DNA of 64,000 nt from Auanema rhodensis (taxonomy: Eukaryota > Animalia > Nematoda): assembly GCA_964057225.1 (NCBI GenBank), contig CAXKVF010000002.1, forward strand, positions 122,414 through 186,413, in the 5' to 3' direction. Position 1 is the first letter of the stretch. Each line of letters begins with the position of its first letter. The translations under genes and the position numbers were made by a program. A model generated the notes under the pieces. That model was not told the DNA's origin, searched no databases, and was given only the letters and a program-made list of their open reading frames with translations. Positions 15,001 through 30,000 of this stretch are shown piece by piece.

Positions 15001-18000
15001 CTTAAAGAATATACAAAACCTAAATATCTTCACTTGAAATGTACAACACAGTTAAAAATCGCAATATATTGTATCGAGGAAAAACTCAAGGAAGATGCAT
15101 ATTTATCGTCTGTATTGCACATTTCAACACCGTGATATGAAGTTGTAATACTGTTTTTTTCATATTTTCTTAAAGAATATACAAAACCTAAATATCTTCA
15201 CATGAAATGTACAACACAATTAGAAATCGCAATATATTGTATCGAGGAAAAACTCAAGGAAGATGCATATTTATCGTCTGTATTGCACATTTCAACACCG
15301 TGGAATGAAGTTGTAATACTGTTTTTTTCATATTTTCTTAAAGAATATACAAAACCTAAATATTTTCACTTGAAATGTACAACACAGTTTAAAATCGCAA
15401 TATATTGTATCGAGAAAAAACTCGAGGAAGATGCATATTTATCGTCTGTATTGCACATTTCAACACGGTGGAATGAAGTTGTAATATTTTTTTTTTTCAT
15501 ATTTTCTTAAAGAATATACAAAACCTAAATATCTTCACATGAAATGTACAACACAATTAGAAATCGCAATATATTGTATCGAGGAAAAACTCAAGGAAGA
15601 TACATATTTATCGTCTGTATTGCACATTTCAACACCGTGGAATGAAGTTGTAATATTTTTTTTTTCATAGTTTCTTAAAGAATATACAAAACCTAAATAT
15701 CTTCACATGAAATGTACAACACAATTAGAAATCGCAATATATTGTATCGAGGAAAAACTCAAGGAAGATGCATATTTATCGTCTGTATTGCACATTTCAA
15801 CACTGTGGAATGAAGTTATAATATTTTTTTTTTCATATTTTCTTAAAGAATATACAAAACCTAAATATCTTCACTTGAAATGTACAACACAATTAGAAAT
15901 CGCAATATATTGTATCCAGGAAAAACTCAAGGAAGATGCATATTTATCGTCTGTATTGCACATTTCAACACTGTGAAATGAAGTTGTAATATTTTTTTTT
16001 TCATATTTTCTTAAAGAATATACAAAACCTAAATATCTTCATATGAAATGTACAACACAATTAGAAATCGCAATATATTGTATCGAGGAAAAACTCAAGG
16101 AAGATGCATATTTATCGTCTGTATTGCACATTTCAACACCGTGGAATGAAGTTGTAATATTTTTTTTTTCATATTTTCTTAAAGAATATACAAAACCTAA
16201 ATATCTTCACATGAAATGTACAACACAATTAGAAATTGCAATATATTGTGTCGAGGAAAAACTCAAGGTAGATGCATATTTATCGTCTGTATTGCACATT
16301 TCAACACGGTGGAATGAAGTTGTAATATTTTTTTTTTCATATTTTCTTAAAGAATATACAAAACCTAAATATCTTCATATGAAATGTACAACACAATTAG
16401 AAATCGCAATATATTGTATCGAGGAAAAACTCAAGGAAGATGCATATTTATCGTCTGTATTGCACATTTCAACACCGTGGAATGAAGTTTTAATACTGTT
16501 TTTTTCATATTTTCTTAGAGAATATACAAAACCTAAATATCTTCACTTGAAATGTACAACACAGTTTAAAATCGCAATATATTGTATCGAGGAAAAACTC
16601 AAGGAAGATGCATATTTATCGTCTGTATTGCACATTTCAACACGGTGGAATGAAGTTGTAATATTTTTTTTTCATATTTTCTTAAAGAATATACAAAACC
16701 TAAATATCTTCACATGAAATGTACAACACAATTAGAAATTGCAATATATTGTATCGAGGAAAAACTCAAGGAAGATGCATATTTATCGTCTGTATTGCAC
16801 ATTTCAACACCGTGGAATGAAGTTGTAATACTGTTTTTTTCATATTTTCTTAAAGAATATACAAAACCTAAATATCTTCACTTGAAATGTACAACACAGT
16901 TTAAAATCGCAATATATTGTATCGAGAAAAAACTCGAGGAAGATGCATATTTATCGTCTGTGTTGCACATTTCAACACGGTGGAATGAAGTTGTAATATT
17001 TTTTTTTTCATATTTTCTTAAAGAATATACAAAACCTAAATATCTTCACTTGAAATGTACAACACAATTAGAAATTGCAATATATTGTATCGAGGAAAAA
17101 CTCAAGGAAGATGCATATTTATCGTCTGTATTGCACATTTCAACACCGTGGAATGAAGTTGTAATACTGTTTTTTTCATATTTTCTTAAAGAATATACAA
17201 AACCTAAATATCTTCACTTGAAATGTACAACACAGTTTAAAATCGCAATATATTGTATCGAGGAAAAACTCAAGGAAGATGCATATTTATCGTCTGTATT
17301 GCACATTTCAACACTGTGGAATGAAGTTGTAATATTTTTTTTTCATATTTTCTTAAAGAATATACAAAACCTTAGTATCTTCACTTGAAATGTACAACAC
17401 AGTTTGAAATCGCAATATATTGTATCGAGGAAAAACTCAAGGAAGATGCATATTTATCGTCTGTATTGCACATTTCAACACCGTGGAATGAAGTTGTAAT
17501 ATTTTTTTTTTCATATTTTCTTAAAGAATATACAAAACCTTAGTATCTTCACTTGAAATGTACAACACAGTTTGAAATCGCAATATATTGTATCGAGGAA
17601 AAACTCAAGGAAGATACATATTTATCGTCTGTATTGCACATTTCAACACCGTGGAATGAAGTTGTAATATTTTTTTTTTCATATTTTCTTAAAGAATATA
17701 CAAAACCTAAATATCTTCACTTGAAATGAACAACACAATTAGAAATCGCAATATATTGTATCGAGGAAAAACTCAAGGAAGATGCATATTTATCGTCTGT
17801 ATTGCACATTTCAACACCGTGATATGAAGTTGTAATACTGTTTTTTTCATATTTTCTTAAAGAATATACAAAACCTAAATATGTTCACTTGAAATGTACA
17901 ACACAATTAGAAATCGCAATATATTGTATCGAGGAAAAACTCAAGGAAGATGCATATTTATCGTCTGTATTGCACATTTCAACACCGTGGAATGAAGTTT

Positions 18001-21000
18001 TAATACTGTTTTTTTCATATTTTCTTAGAGAATATACAAAACCTAAATATCTTCACTTGAAATGTACAACACAGTTTAAAATCGCAATATATTGTATCGA
18101 GGAAAAACTCAAGGAAGATGCATATTTATCGTCTGTATTGCACATTTCAACACCGTGGAATGAAGTTTTAATACTGTTTTTTTCATATTTTCTTAAAGAA
18201 TATACAAAACCTAAATATTTTCACTTGAAATGTACAACACAGTTTAAAATCGCAATATATTGTATCGAGAAAAAACTCGAGGAAGATGCATATTTATCGT
18301 CTGTGTTGCACATTTCAACACGGTGGAATGAAGTTGTAATATTTTTTTTTCATATTTTCTTAAAGAATATACAAAACCTAAATATCTTCACATGAAATGT
18401 ACAACAAAATTAGAAATCGCAATATATTGTATCGAGGAAAAACTCAAGGAAGATGCATATTTATCGTCTGTATTGCACATTTCAACACCGTGGTATGAAG
18501 TTGTAATACTGTTTTTTTCATATTTTCTTAAAGAATATACAGAACCTAAATATCTTCACTTGAAATGTAAAATACAGTTTAAAATCGCAATATATTGTAT
18601 CGAGGAAAAACTGGAGGAAGATGCATATTATCGTCTGTATTGCACATTTCAACACCGTGGAATGAAGTTGTAATATTTTTTTTTTCATAGTTTCTTAAAG
18701 AATATACAAAACCTAAATATCTTCACATGAAATGTACAACACAATTAGAAATCGCAATATATTGTATCGAGGAAAAACTCAAGGAAGATGCATATTTATC
18801 GTCTGTATTGCACATTTCAACACTGTGAAATGAAGTTGTAATATTTTTTTTTTCATATTTTCTTAAAGAATATACAAAACCTAAATATCTTCATATGAAA
18901 TGTACAACACAATTAGAAATCGCAATATATTGTATCGAGGAAAAACTCAAGGAAGATGCATATTTATCGTCTGTATTGCACATTTCAACACCGTGGAATG
19001 AAGTTGTAATATTTTTTTTTTCATATTTTCTTAAAGAATATACAAAACCTAAAAATCTTCACATGAAATGTACAACACAATTAGAAATTGCAATATATTG
19101 TGTCGAGGAAAAACTCAAGGTAGATGCATATTTATCGTCTGTATTGCACATTTCAACACGGTGGAATGAAGTTGTAATATTTTTTTTTTCATATTTTCTT
19201 AAAGAATATACAAAACCTAAATATCTTCATATGAAATGTACAACACAATTAGAAATCGCAATATATTGTATCGAGGAAAAACTCAAGGAAGATGCATATT
19301 TATCGTCTGTATTGCACATTTCAACACGGTGGAATGAAGTTGTAATATTTTTTTTTTCATATTTTCTTAAAGAATATACAAAACCTAAATATGTTCACTT
19401 GAAATGTACAACACAATTAGAAATCGCAATATATTGTATCGAGGAAAAACTCAAGGAAGATGCATATTTATCGTCTGTATTGCACATTTCAACACCGTGG
19501 AATGAAGTTTTAATACTGTTTTTTTCATATTTTCTTAGAGAATATACAAAACCTAAATATCTTCACTTGAAATGTACAACACAGTTTAAAATCGCAATAT
19601 ATTGTATCGAGGAAAAACTCAAGGAAGATGCATATTTATCGTCTGTATTGCACATTTCAACACCGTGGAATGAAGTTTTAATACTGTTTTTTTCATATTT
19701 TCTTAAAGAATATACAAAACCTAAATATTTTCACTTGAAATGTACAACACAATTAGAAATCGCAATATATTGTATCGAGGAAAAACTCAAGGAAGATGCA
19801 TATTTATCGTCTGTATTGCACATTTCAACACCGTGGAATGAAGTTTTAATACTGTTTTTTTCATATTTTCTTAGAGAATATACAAAACCTAAATATCTTC
19901 ACTTGAAATGTACAACACAGTTTAAAATCGCAATATATTGTATCGAGGAAAAACTCAAGGAAGATGCATATTTATCGTCTGTATTGCACATTTCAACACC
20001 GTGGAATGAAGTTTTAATACTGTTTTTTTCATATTTTCTTAAAGAATATACAAAACCTAAATATTTTCACTTGAAATGTACAACACAGTTTAAAATCGCA
20101 ATATATTGTATCGAGAAAAAACTCGAGGAAGATGCATATTTATCGTCTGTGTTGCACATTTCAACACGGTGGAATGAAGTTGTAATATTTTTTTTTCATA
20201 TTTTCTTAAAGAATATACAAAACCTAAATATCTTCACATGAAATGTACAACAAAATTAGAAATCGCAATATATTGTATCGAGGAAAAACTCAAGGAAGAT
20301 GCATATTTATCGTCTGTATTGCACATTTCAACACCGTGGTATGAAGTTGTAATACTGTTTTTTTCATATTTTCTTAAAGAATATACAGAACCTAAATATC
20401 TTCACTTGAAATGTAAAATACAGTTTAAAATCGCAATATATTGTATCGAGGAAAAACTGGAGGAAGATGCATATTATCGTCTGTATTGCACATTTCAACA
20501 CCGTGGAATGAAGTTGTAATATTTTTTTTTTCATAGTTTCTTAAAGAATATACAAAACCTAAATATCTTCACATGAAATGTACAACACAATTAGAAATCG
20601 CAATATATTGTATCGAGGAAAAACTCAAGGAAGATGCATATTTATCGTCTGTATTGCACATTTCAACACTGTGAAATGAAGTTGTAATATTTTTTTTTTC
20701 ATATTTTCTTAAAGAATATACAAAACCTAAATATCTTCATATGAAATGTACAACACAATTAGAAATCGCAATATATTGTATCGAGGAAAAACTCAAGGAA
20801 GATGCATATTTATCGTCTGTATTGCACATTTCAACACCGTGGAATGAAGTTGTAATATTTTTTTTTTCATATTTTCTTAAAGAATATACAAAACCTAAAT
20901 ATCTTCACATGAAATGTACAACACAATTAGAAATTGCAATATATTGTGTCGAGGAAAAACTCAAGGTAGATGCATATTTATCGTCTGTATTGCACATTTC

Positions 21001-24000
21001 AACACGGTGGAATGAAGTTGTAATATTTTTTTTTTCATATTTTCTTAAAGAATATACAAAACCTAAATATCTTCATATGAAATGTACAACACAATTAGAA
21101 ATCGCAATATATTGTATCGAGGAAAAACTCAAGGAAGATGCATATTTATCGTCTGTATTGCACATTTCAACACGGTGGAATGAAGTTGTAATATTTTTTT
21201 TTTCATATTTTCTTAAAGAATATACAAAACCTAAATATCTTCACTTGAAATGTACAACACAGTTCAAAATCGCAATATATTGTATCGAGGAAAAACTCAA
21301 GGAAGATGCATATTTATCGTCTGTATTGCACATTTCAACACGGTGGAATGAAGTTGTAATATTTTTTTTTCATATTTTCTTAAAGAATATACAAAACCTA
21401 AATATCTTCAAATGAAATGTACAACACAGTTCAAAATCGGAATATATTGTATCGAGGAAAAACTCAAGGAAGATGCATATTTATCGTCTGTGTTGCACAT
21501 TTCAACACTGTGGAATGAAGTTGTAATATTTTTTTTTCATATTTTCTTAAAGAATATACAAAACCTAAATATCTTCACTTGAAATGTACAACACAATTAG
21601 AAATCGCAATATATTGTGTCGAGGAAAAACTCAAGGTAGATGCATATTTATCGTCTGTATTGCACATTTCAACACGGTGGAATGAAGTTGTAATACTGTT
21701 TTTTTTCATATTTTCTTAAAGAATATACAAAACCTTAGTATCTTCACTTGAAATGTACAACACAGTTTGAAATCGCAATATATTGTATCGAGGAAAAACT
21801 CAAGGAAGATGCATATTTATCGTCTGTATTGCACATTTCAACACCGTGGAATGAAGTTGTAATATTTTTTTTTTCATATTTTCTTAAAGAATATACAAAA
21901 CCTAAATATCTTCACTTGAAATGTACAACACAGTTAAAAATCGCAATATATTGTATCGAGGAAAAACTCAAGGAAGATGCATATTTATCGTCTGTATTGC
22001 ACATTTCAACACCGTGGAATGAAGTTGTAATATTTTTTTTTTCATATTTTCTTAAAGAATATACAAAACCTAAATATCTTCACATGAAATGTACAACACA
22101 ATTAGAAATTGCAATATATTGTGTCGAGGAAAAACTCAAGGTAGATGCATATTTATCGTCTGTATTGCACATTTCAACACGGTGGAATGAAGTTGTAATA
22201 TTTTTTTTTTCATATTTTCTTAAAGAATATACAAAACCTAAATATCTTCATATGAAATGTACAACACAATTAGAAATCGCAATATATTGTATCGAGGAAA
22301 AACTCAAGGAAGATGCATATTTATCGTCTGTATTGCACATTTCAACACGGTGGAATGAAGTTGTAATATTTTTTTTTTCATATTTTCTTAAAGAATATAC
22401 AAAACCTAAATATCTTCACTTGAAATGTACAACACAGTTCAAAATCGCAATATATTGTATCGAGGAAAAACTCAAGGAAGATGCATATTTATCGTCTGTA
22501 TTGCACATTTCAACACGGTGGAATGAAGTTGTAATATTTTTTTTTCATATTTTCTTAAAGAATATACAAAACCTAAATATCTTCAAATGAAATGTACAAC
22601 ACAGTTCAAAATCGGAATATATTGTATCGAGGAAAAACTCAAGGAAGATGCATATTTATCGTCTGTGTTGCACATTTCAACACTGTGGAATGAAGTTGTA
22701 ATATTTTTTTTTCATATTTTCTTAAAGAATATACAAAACCTAAATATCTTCACTTGAAATGTACAACACAATTAGAAATCGCAATATATTGTGTCGAGGA
22801 AAAACTCAAGGTAGATGCATATTTATCGTCTGTATTGCACATTTCAACACGGTGGAATGAAGTTGTAATACTGTTTTTTTTCATATTTTCTTAAAGAATA
22901 TACAAAACCTTAGTATCTTCACTTGAAATGTACAACACAGTTTGAAATCGCAATATATTGTATCGAGGAAAAACTCAAGGAAGATGCATATTTATCGTCT
23001 GTATTGCACATTTCAACACCGTGGAATGAAGTTCTAATATTTTTTTTTTCATATTTTCTTAAAGAATATACAAAACCTTAGTATCTTCACTTGAAATGTA
23101 CAACACAGTTTGAAATCCCAATATATTGTATCGAGGAAAAACTCAAGGAAGATGCATATTTATCGTCTGTATTGCACATTTCAACACCGTGGAATGAAGT
23201 TCTAATATTTTTTTTTTCATATTTTCTTAAAGAATATACAAAACCTTAGTATCTTCACTTGAAATGTACAACACAGTTTGAAATCGCAATATATTGTATC
23301 GAGGAAAAACTCAAGGAAGATGCATATTTATCGTCTATATTGCACATTTCAACACCGTGATATGAAGTTGTAATACTGTTTTTTTCATATTTTCTTAAAG
23401 AATATACAAAACCTAAATATGTTCCCTTGAAATGTACAACACAATTAGAAATCGCAATATATTGTATCGAGGAAAAACTCAAGGAAGATGCATATTTATC
23501 GTCTGTATTGCACATTTCAACACCGTGGAATGAAGTTGTAATATTTTTTTTTTCATATTTTCTTAAAGAATATACAAAACCTAAATATCTTCACTTGAAA
23601 TGTACAACACAGTTAAAAATCGCAATATATTGTATCGAGGAAAAACTCAAGGAAGATGCATATTTATCGTCTGTATTGCACATTTCAACACCGTGATATG
23701 AAGTTGTAATACTGTTTTTTTCATATTTTCTTAAAGAATATACAAAACCTAAATATCTTCACATGAAATGTACAACACAATTAGAAATCGCAATATATTG
23801 TATCGAGGAAAAACTCGAGGAAGATGCATATTTATCGTCTGTATTGCACATTTCAACACGGTGGAATGAAGTTGTAATATTTTTTTTTTCATATTTTCTT
23901 AAAGAATATACAAAACCTAAATATCTTCACATGAAATGTACAACACAATTAGAAATCGCAATATATTGTATCGAGGAAAAACTCAAGGAAGATACATATT

Positions 24001-27000
24001 TATCGTCTGTATTGCACATTTCAACACCGTGGAATGAAGTTGTAATATTTTTTTTTTCATAGTTTCTTAAAGAATATACAAAACCTAAATATCTTCACAT
24101 GAAATGTACAACACAATTAGAAATCGCAATATATTGTATCGAGGAAAAACTCAAGGAAGATGCATATTTATCGTCTGTATTGCACATTTCAACACTGTGG
24201 AATGAAGTTATAATATTTTTTTTTTCATATTTTCTTAAAGAATATACAAAACCTAAATATCTTCACTTGAAATGTACAACACAATTAGAAATCGCAATAT
24301 ATTGTATCCAGGAAAAACTCAAGGAAGATGCATATTTATCGTCTGTATTGCACATTTCAACACCGTGGAATGAAGTTGTAATATTTTTTTTTTCATATTT
24401 TCTTAAAGAATATACAAAACCTAAATATCTTCACTTGAAATGTACAACACAATTAGAAATCGCAATATATTGTATCGAGGAAAAACTCAAGGAAGATGCA
24501 TATTTATCGTCTGTATTGCACATTTCAACACCGTGGTATGAAGTTGTAATACTGTTTTTTTCATATTTTCTTAAAGAATATACAAAACCTTAATATGTTC
24601 ACTTGAAATTTACAACACAATTAGAAATCGCAATATATTGTATCGAGGAAAAACTCAAGGAAGATGCATATTTATCGTCTGTATTGCACATTTCAACACC
24701 GTGGAATGAAGTTTTAATACTGTTTTTTTTTCATATTTTCTTAGAGAATATACAAAACCTAAATATCTTCACTTGAAATGTACAACACAGTTCAAAATCG
24801 CAATATATTGTATCGAGGAAAAACTCAAGGAAGATGCATATTTATCGTCTGTATTGCACATTTCAACACGGTGGAATGAAGTTGTAATATTTTTTTTTCA
24901 TATTTTCTTAAAGAATATACAAAACCTAAATATCTTCACATGAAATGTACAACACAATTAGAAATCGCAATATATTGTATCGAGGAAAAACTCAAGGAAG
25001 ATGCATATTTATCGTCTGTATTGCACATTTCAACACCGTGGAATGAAGTTTTAATACTGTTTTTTTCATATTTTCTTAGAGAATATACAAAACCTAAATA
25101 TCTTCACTTGAAATGTACAACACAGTTCAAAATCGCAATATATTGTATCGAGGAAAAACTCAAGGAAGATGCATATTTATCGTCTGTATTGCACATTTCA
25201 ACACTGTGGAATGAAGTTGTAATATTTTTTTTTCATATTTTCTTAAAGAATATACAAAACCTAAATATCTTCACTTGAAATGTACAACACAATTAGAAAT
25301 CGCAATATATTGTATCGAGGAAAAACTCAAGGAAGATGCATATTTATCGTCTGTATTGCACATTTCAACACTGTGGAATGAAGTTGTAATATTTTTTTTT
25401 CATATTTTCTTAAAGAATATACAAAACCTTAGTATCTTCACTTGAAATGTACAACACAGTTTGAAATCGCAATATATTGTATCGAGGAAAAACTCAAGGA
25501 AGATGCATATTTATCGTCTGTATTGCACATTTCAACACCGTGGAATGAAGTTGTAATATTTTTTTTTTCATATTTTCTTAAAGAATATACAAAACCTTAG
25601 TATCTTCACTTGAAATGTACAACACAGTTTGAAATCGCAATATATTGTATCGAGGAAAAACTCAAGGAAGATGCATATTTATCGTCTGTATTGCACATTT
25701 CAACACCGTGGAATGAAGTTGTAATATTTTTTTTTTCATATTTTCTTAAAGAATATACAAAACCTTAGTATCTTCACTTGAAATGTACAACACAGTTTGA
25801 AATCGCAATATATTGTATCGAGGAAAAACTCAAGGAAGATGCATATTTATCGTCTGTATTGCACATTTCAACACCGTGGAATGAAGTTGTAATATTTTTT
25901 TTTTCATATTTTCTTAAAGAATATACAAAACCTTAGTATCTTCACTTGAAATGTACAACACAGTTTGAAATCGCAATATATTGTATCGAGGAAAAACTCA
26001 AGGAAGATGCATATTTATCGTCTGTATTGCACATTTCAACACCGTGATATGAAGTTGTAATACTGTTTTTTTCATATTTTCTTAAAGAATATACAAAACC
26101 TAAATATGTTCACTTGAAATGTACAACACAATTAGAAATCGCAATATATTGTATCGAGGAGAAACTCAAGGAAGATGCATATTTATCGTCTGTATTGCAC
26201 ATTTCAACACCGTGGAATGAAGTTTTAATACTGTTTTTTTCATATTTTCTTAGAGAATATACAAAACCTAAATATCTTCACTTGAAATGTACAACACAGT
26301 TTAAAATCGCAATATATTGTATCGAGGAAAAACTCAAGGAAGATGCATATTTATCGTCTGTATTGCACATTTCAACACCGTGGAATGAAGTTTTAATACT
26401 GTTTTTTTCATATTTTCTTAAAGAATATACAAAACCTAAATATTTTCACTTGAAATGTACAACACAATTAGAAAACGCAATATATTGTATCGAGGAAAAA
26501 CTCAAGGAAGATGCATATTTATCGTCTGTATTGCACATTTCAACACCGTGGTATGAAGTTGTAATACTGTTTTTTTCATATTTTCTTAAAGAATATACAA
26601 AACCTAAATATCTTCACTTGAAATGTACAACACAGTTTAAAATCGCAATATATTGTATCGAGAAAAAACTCAAGGAAGATGCATATTTATCGTCTGTATT
26701 GCACATTTCAACACCGTGGAATGAAGTTGTAATATTTTTTTTTTCATATTTTCTTGAAGAATATACAAAACCTTAGTATTTTCACTTGAAATGTACAACA
26801 CAATTAGAAAACGCAATATATTGTATCGAGGAAAAACTCAAGGAAGATGCATATTTATCGTCTGTATTGCACATTTCAACACGGTGGAATGAAGTTGTAA
26901 TATTTTTTTTTTCATATTTTCTTAAAGAATATACAAAACCTAAATATCTTCACATGAAATGTACAACACAATTAGAAATCGCAATATATTGTATCGAGGA

Positions 27001-30000
27001 AAAACTCAAGGAAGATGCATATTTATCGTCTGTATTGCACATTTCAACACCGTGGAATGATGTTGTAATACTGTTTTTTTCATATTTTCTTAAAGAATAT
27101 ACAAAACCTAAATATCTTCACTTGAAATGTACAACACAGTTTAAAATCGCAATATATTGTATCGAGGAAAAACTCAAGGAAGATGCATATTTATCGTCTG
27201 TATTGCACATTTCAACACCGTGGAATGAAGTTTTAATACTGTTTTTTTCATATTTTCTTAGAGAATATACAAAACCTAAATATCTTCACTTGAAATGTAC
27301 AACACAGTTCAAAATCGCAAGGAAGATGCATATTTATCGTCTGTATTGCACATTTCAACACCGTGGAATGAAGTTTTAATACTGTTTTTTTCATATTTTC
27401 TTAGAGAATATACAAAACCTAAATATCTTCACTTGAAATGTACAACACAGTTTAAAATCGCAATATATTGTATCGAGGAAAAACTCAAGGAAGATGCATA
27501 TTTATCGTCTGTATTGCACATTTCAACACGGTGGAATGAAGTTGTAATATTTTTTTTTCATATTTTCTTAAAGAATATACAAAACCTAAATATCTTCACA
27601 TGAAATGTACAACACAATTAGAAATTGCAATATATTGTATCGAGGAAAAACTCAAGGAAGATGCATATTTATCGTCTGTATTGCACATTTCAACACCGTG
27701 GAATGAAGTTGTAATACTGTTTTTTTCATATTTTCTTAAAGAATATACAAAACCTAAATATCTTCACTTGAAATGTACAACACAGTTTAAAATCGCAATA
27801 TATTGTATCGAGAAAAAACTCGAGGAAGATGCATATTTATCGTCTGTGTTGCACATTTCAACACGGTGGAATGAAGTTGTAATATTTTTTTTTTCATATT
27901 TTCTTAAAGAATATACAAAACCTAAATATCTTCACTTGAAATGTACAACACAATTAGAAATTGCAATATATTGTATCGAGGAAAAACTCAAGGAAGATGC
28001 ATATTTATCGTCTGTATTGCACATTTCAACACCGTGGAATGAAGTTGTAATACTGTTTTTTTCATATTTTCTTAAAGAATATACAAAACCTAAATATCTT
28101 CACTTGAAATGTACAACACAGTTTAAAATCGCAATATATTGTATCGAGGAAAAACTCAAGGAAGATGCATATTTATCGTCTGTATTGCACATTTCAACAC
28201 CGTGGAATGAAGTTTTAATACTGTTTTTTTCATATTTTCTTAGAGAATATACAAAACCTAAATATCTTCACTTGAAATGTACAACACAGTTTAAAATCGC
28301 AATATATTGTATCGAGGAAAAACTCAAGGAAGATGCATATTTATCGTCTGTATTGCACATTTCAACACGGTGGAATGAAGTTGTAATATTTTTTTTTCAT
28401 ATTTTCTTAAAGAATATACAAAACCTAAATATCTTCACATGAAATGTACAACACAATTAGAAATTGCAATATATTGTATCGAGGAAAAACTCAAGGAAGA
28501 TTCATATTTATCGTCTGTATTGCACATTTCAACACCGTGGAATGAAGTTGTAATACTGTTTTTTTCATATTTTCTTAAAGAATATACAAAACCTAAATAT
28601 CTTCACTTGAAATGTACAACACAGTTTAAAATCGCAATATATTGTATCGAGAAAAAACTCGAGGAAGATGCATATTTATCGTCTGTGTTGCACATTTCAA
28701 CACGGTGGAATGAAGTTGTAATATTTTTTTTTTCATATTTTCTTAAAGAATATACAAAACCTAAATATCTTCACTTGAAATGTACAACACAATTAGAAAT
28801 CGCAATATATTGTATCGAGGAAAAACTCAAGGAAGATGCATATTTATCGTCTGTATTGCACATTTGAACACCGTGATATGAAGTTGTAATACTGTTTTTT
28901 TCATATTTTCTTAAAGAATATACAAAACCTAAATATGTTCACTTGAAATGTACAACACAATTAGAAATCGCAATATATTGTATCGAGGAAAAACTCAAGG
29001 AAGATGCATATTTATCGTCTGTATTGCACATTTCAACACGGTGGAATGAAGTTATAATATTTTTTTTTTCATATTTTCTTAAAGAATATACAAAACCTAA
29101 ATATCTTCACATGAAATGTACAACACAATTAGAAATCGCAATATATTGTATCGAGGAAAAACTCAAGGAAGATGCATATTTATCGTCTGTATTGCACATT
29201 TCAACACGGTGGAATGAAGTTGTAATATTTTTTTTTTCATATTTTCTTAAAGAATATACAAAACCTAAATATCTTCACATGAAATGTACAACACAATTAG
29301 AAATCGCAATATATTGTATCGAGGAAAAACTCAAGGAAGATGCATATTTATCGTCTGTATTGCACATTTCAACACCGTGGAATGATGTTGTAATACTGTT
29401 TTTTTCATATTTTCTTAAAGAATATACAAAACCTAAATATCTTCACTTGAAATGTACAACACAGTTTAAAATCGCAATATATTGTATCGAGGAAAAACTC
29501 AAGGAAGATGCATATTTATCGTCTGTATTGCACATTTCAACACCGTGATATGAAGTTGTAATACTGTTTTTTTCATATTTTCTTAAAGAATATACAAAAC
29601 CTAAATATCTTCACATGAAATGTACAACACAATTAGAAATCGCAATATATTGTATCGAGGAAAAACTCAAGGAAGATGCATATTTATCGTCTGTATTGCA
29701 CATTTCAACACCGTGGAATGATGTTGTAATACTGTTTTTTTCATATTTTCTTAAAGAATATACAAAACCTAAATATCTTCACTTGAAATGTACAACACAG
29801 TTTAAAATCGCAATATATTGTATCGAGAAAAAACTCGAGGAAGATGCATATTTATCGTCTGTATTGCACATTTCAACACCGTGGAATGAAGTTGTAATAT
29901 TTTTTTTTCATATTTTCTTAAAGAATATACAAAACCTAAGTATCTTCACTTGAAATGTACAACACAATTAGAAATCGCAATATATTGTATCCAGGAAAAA

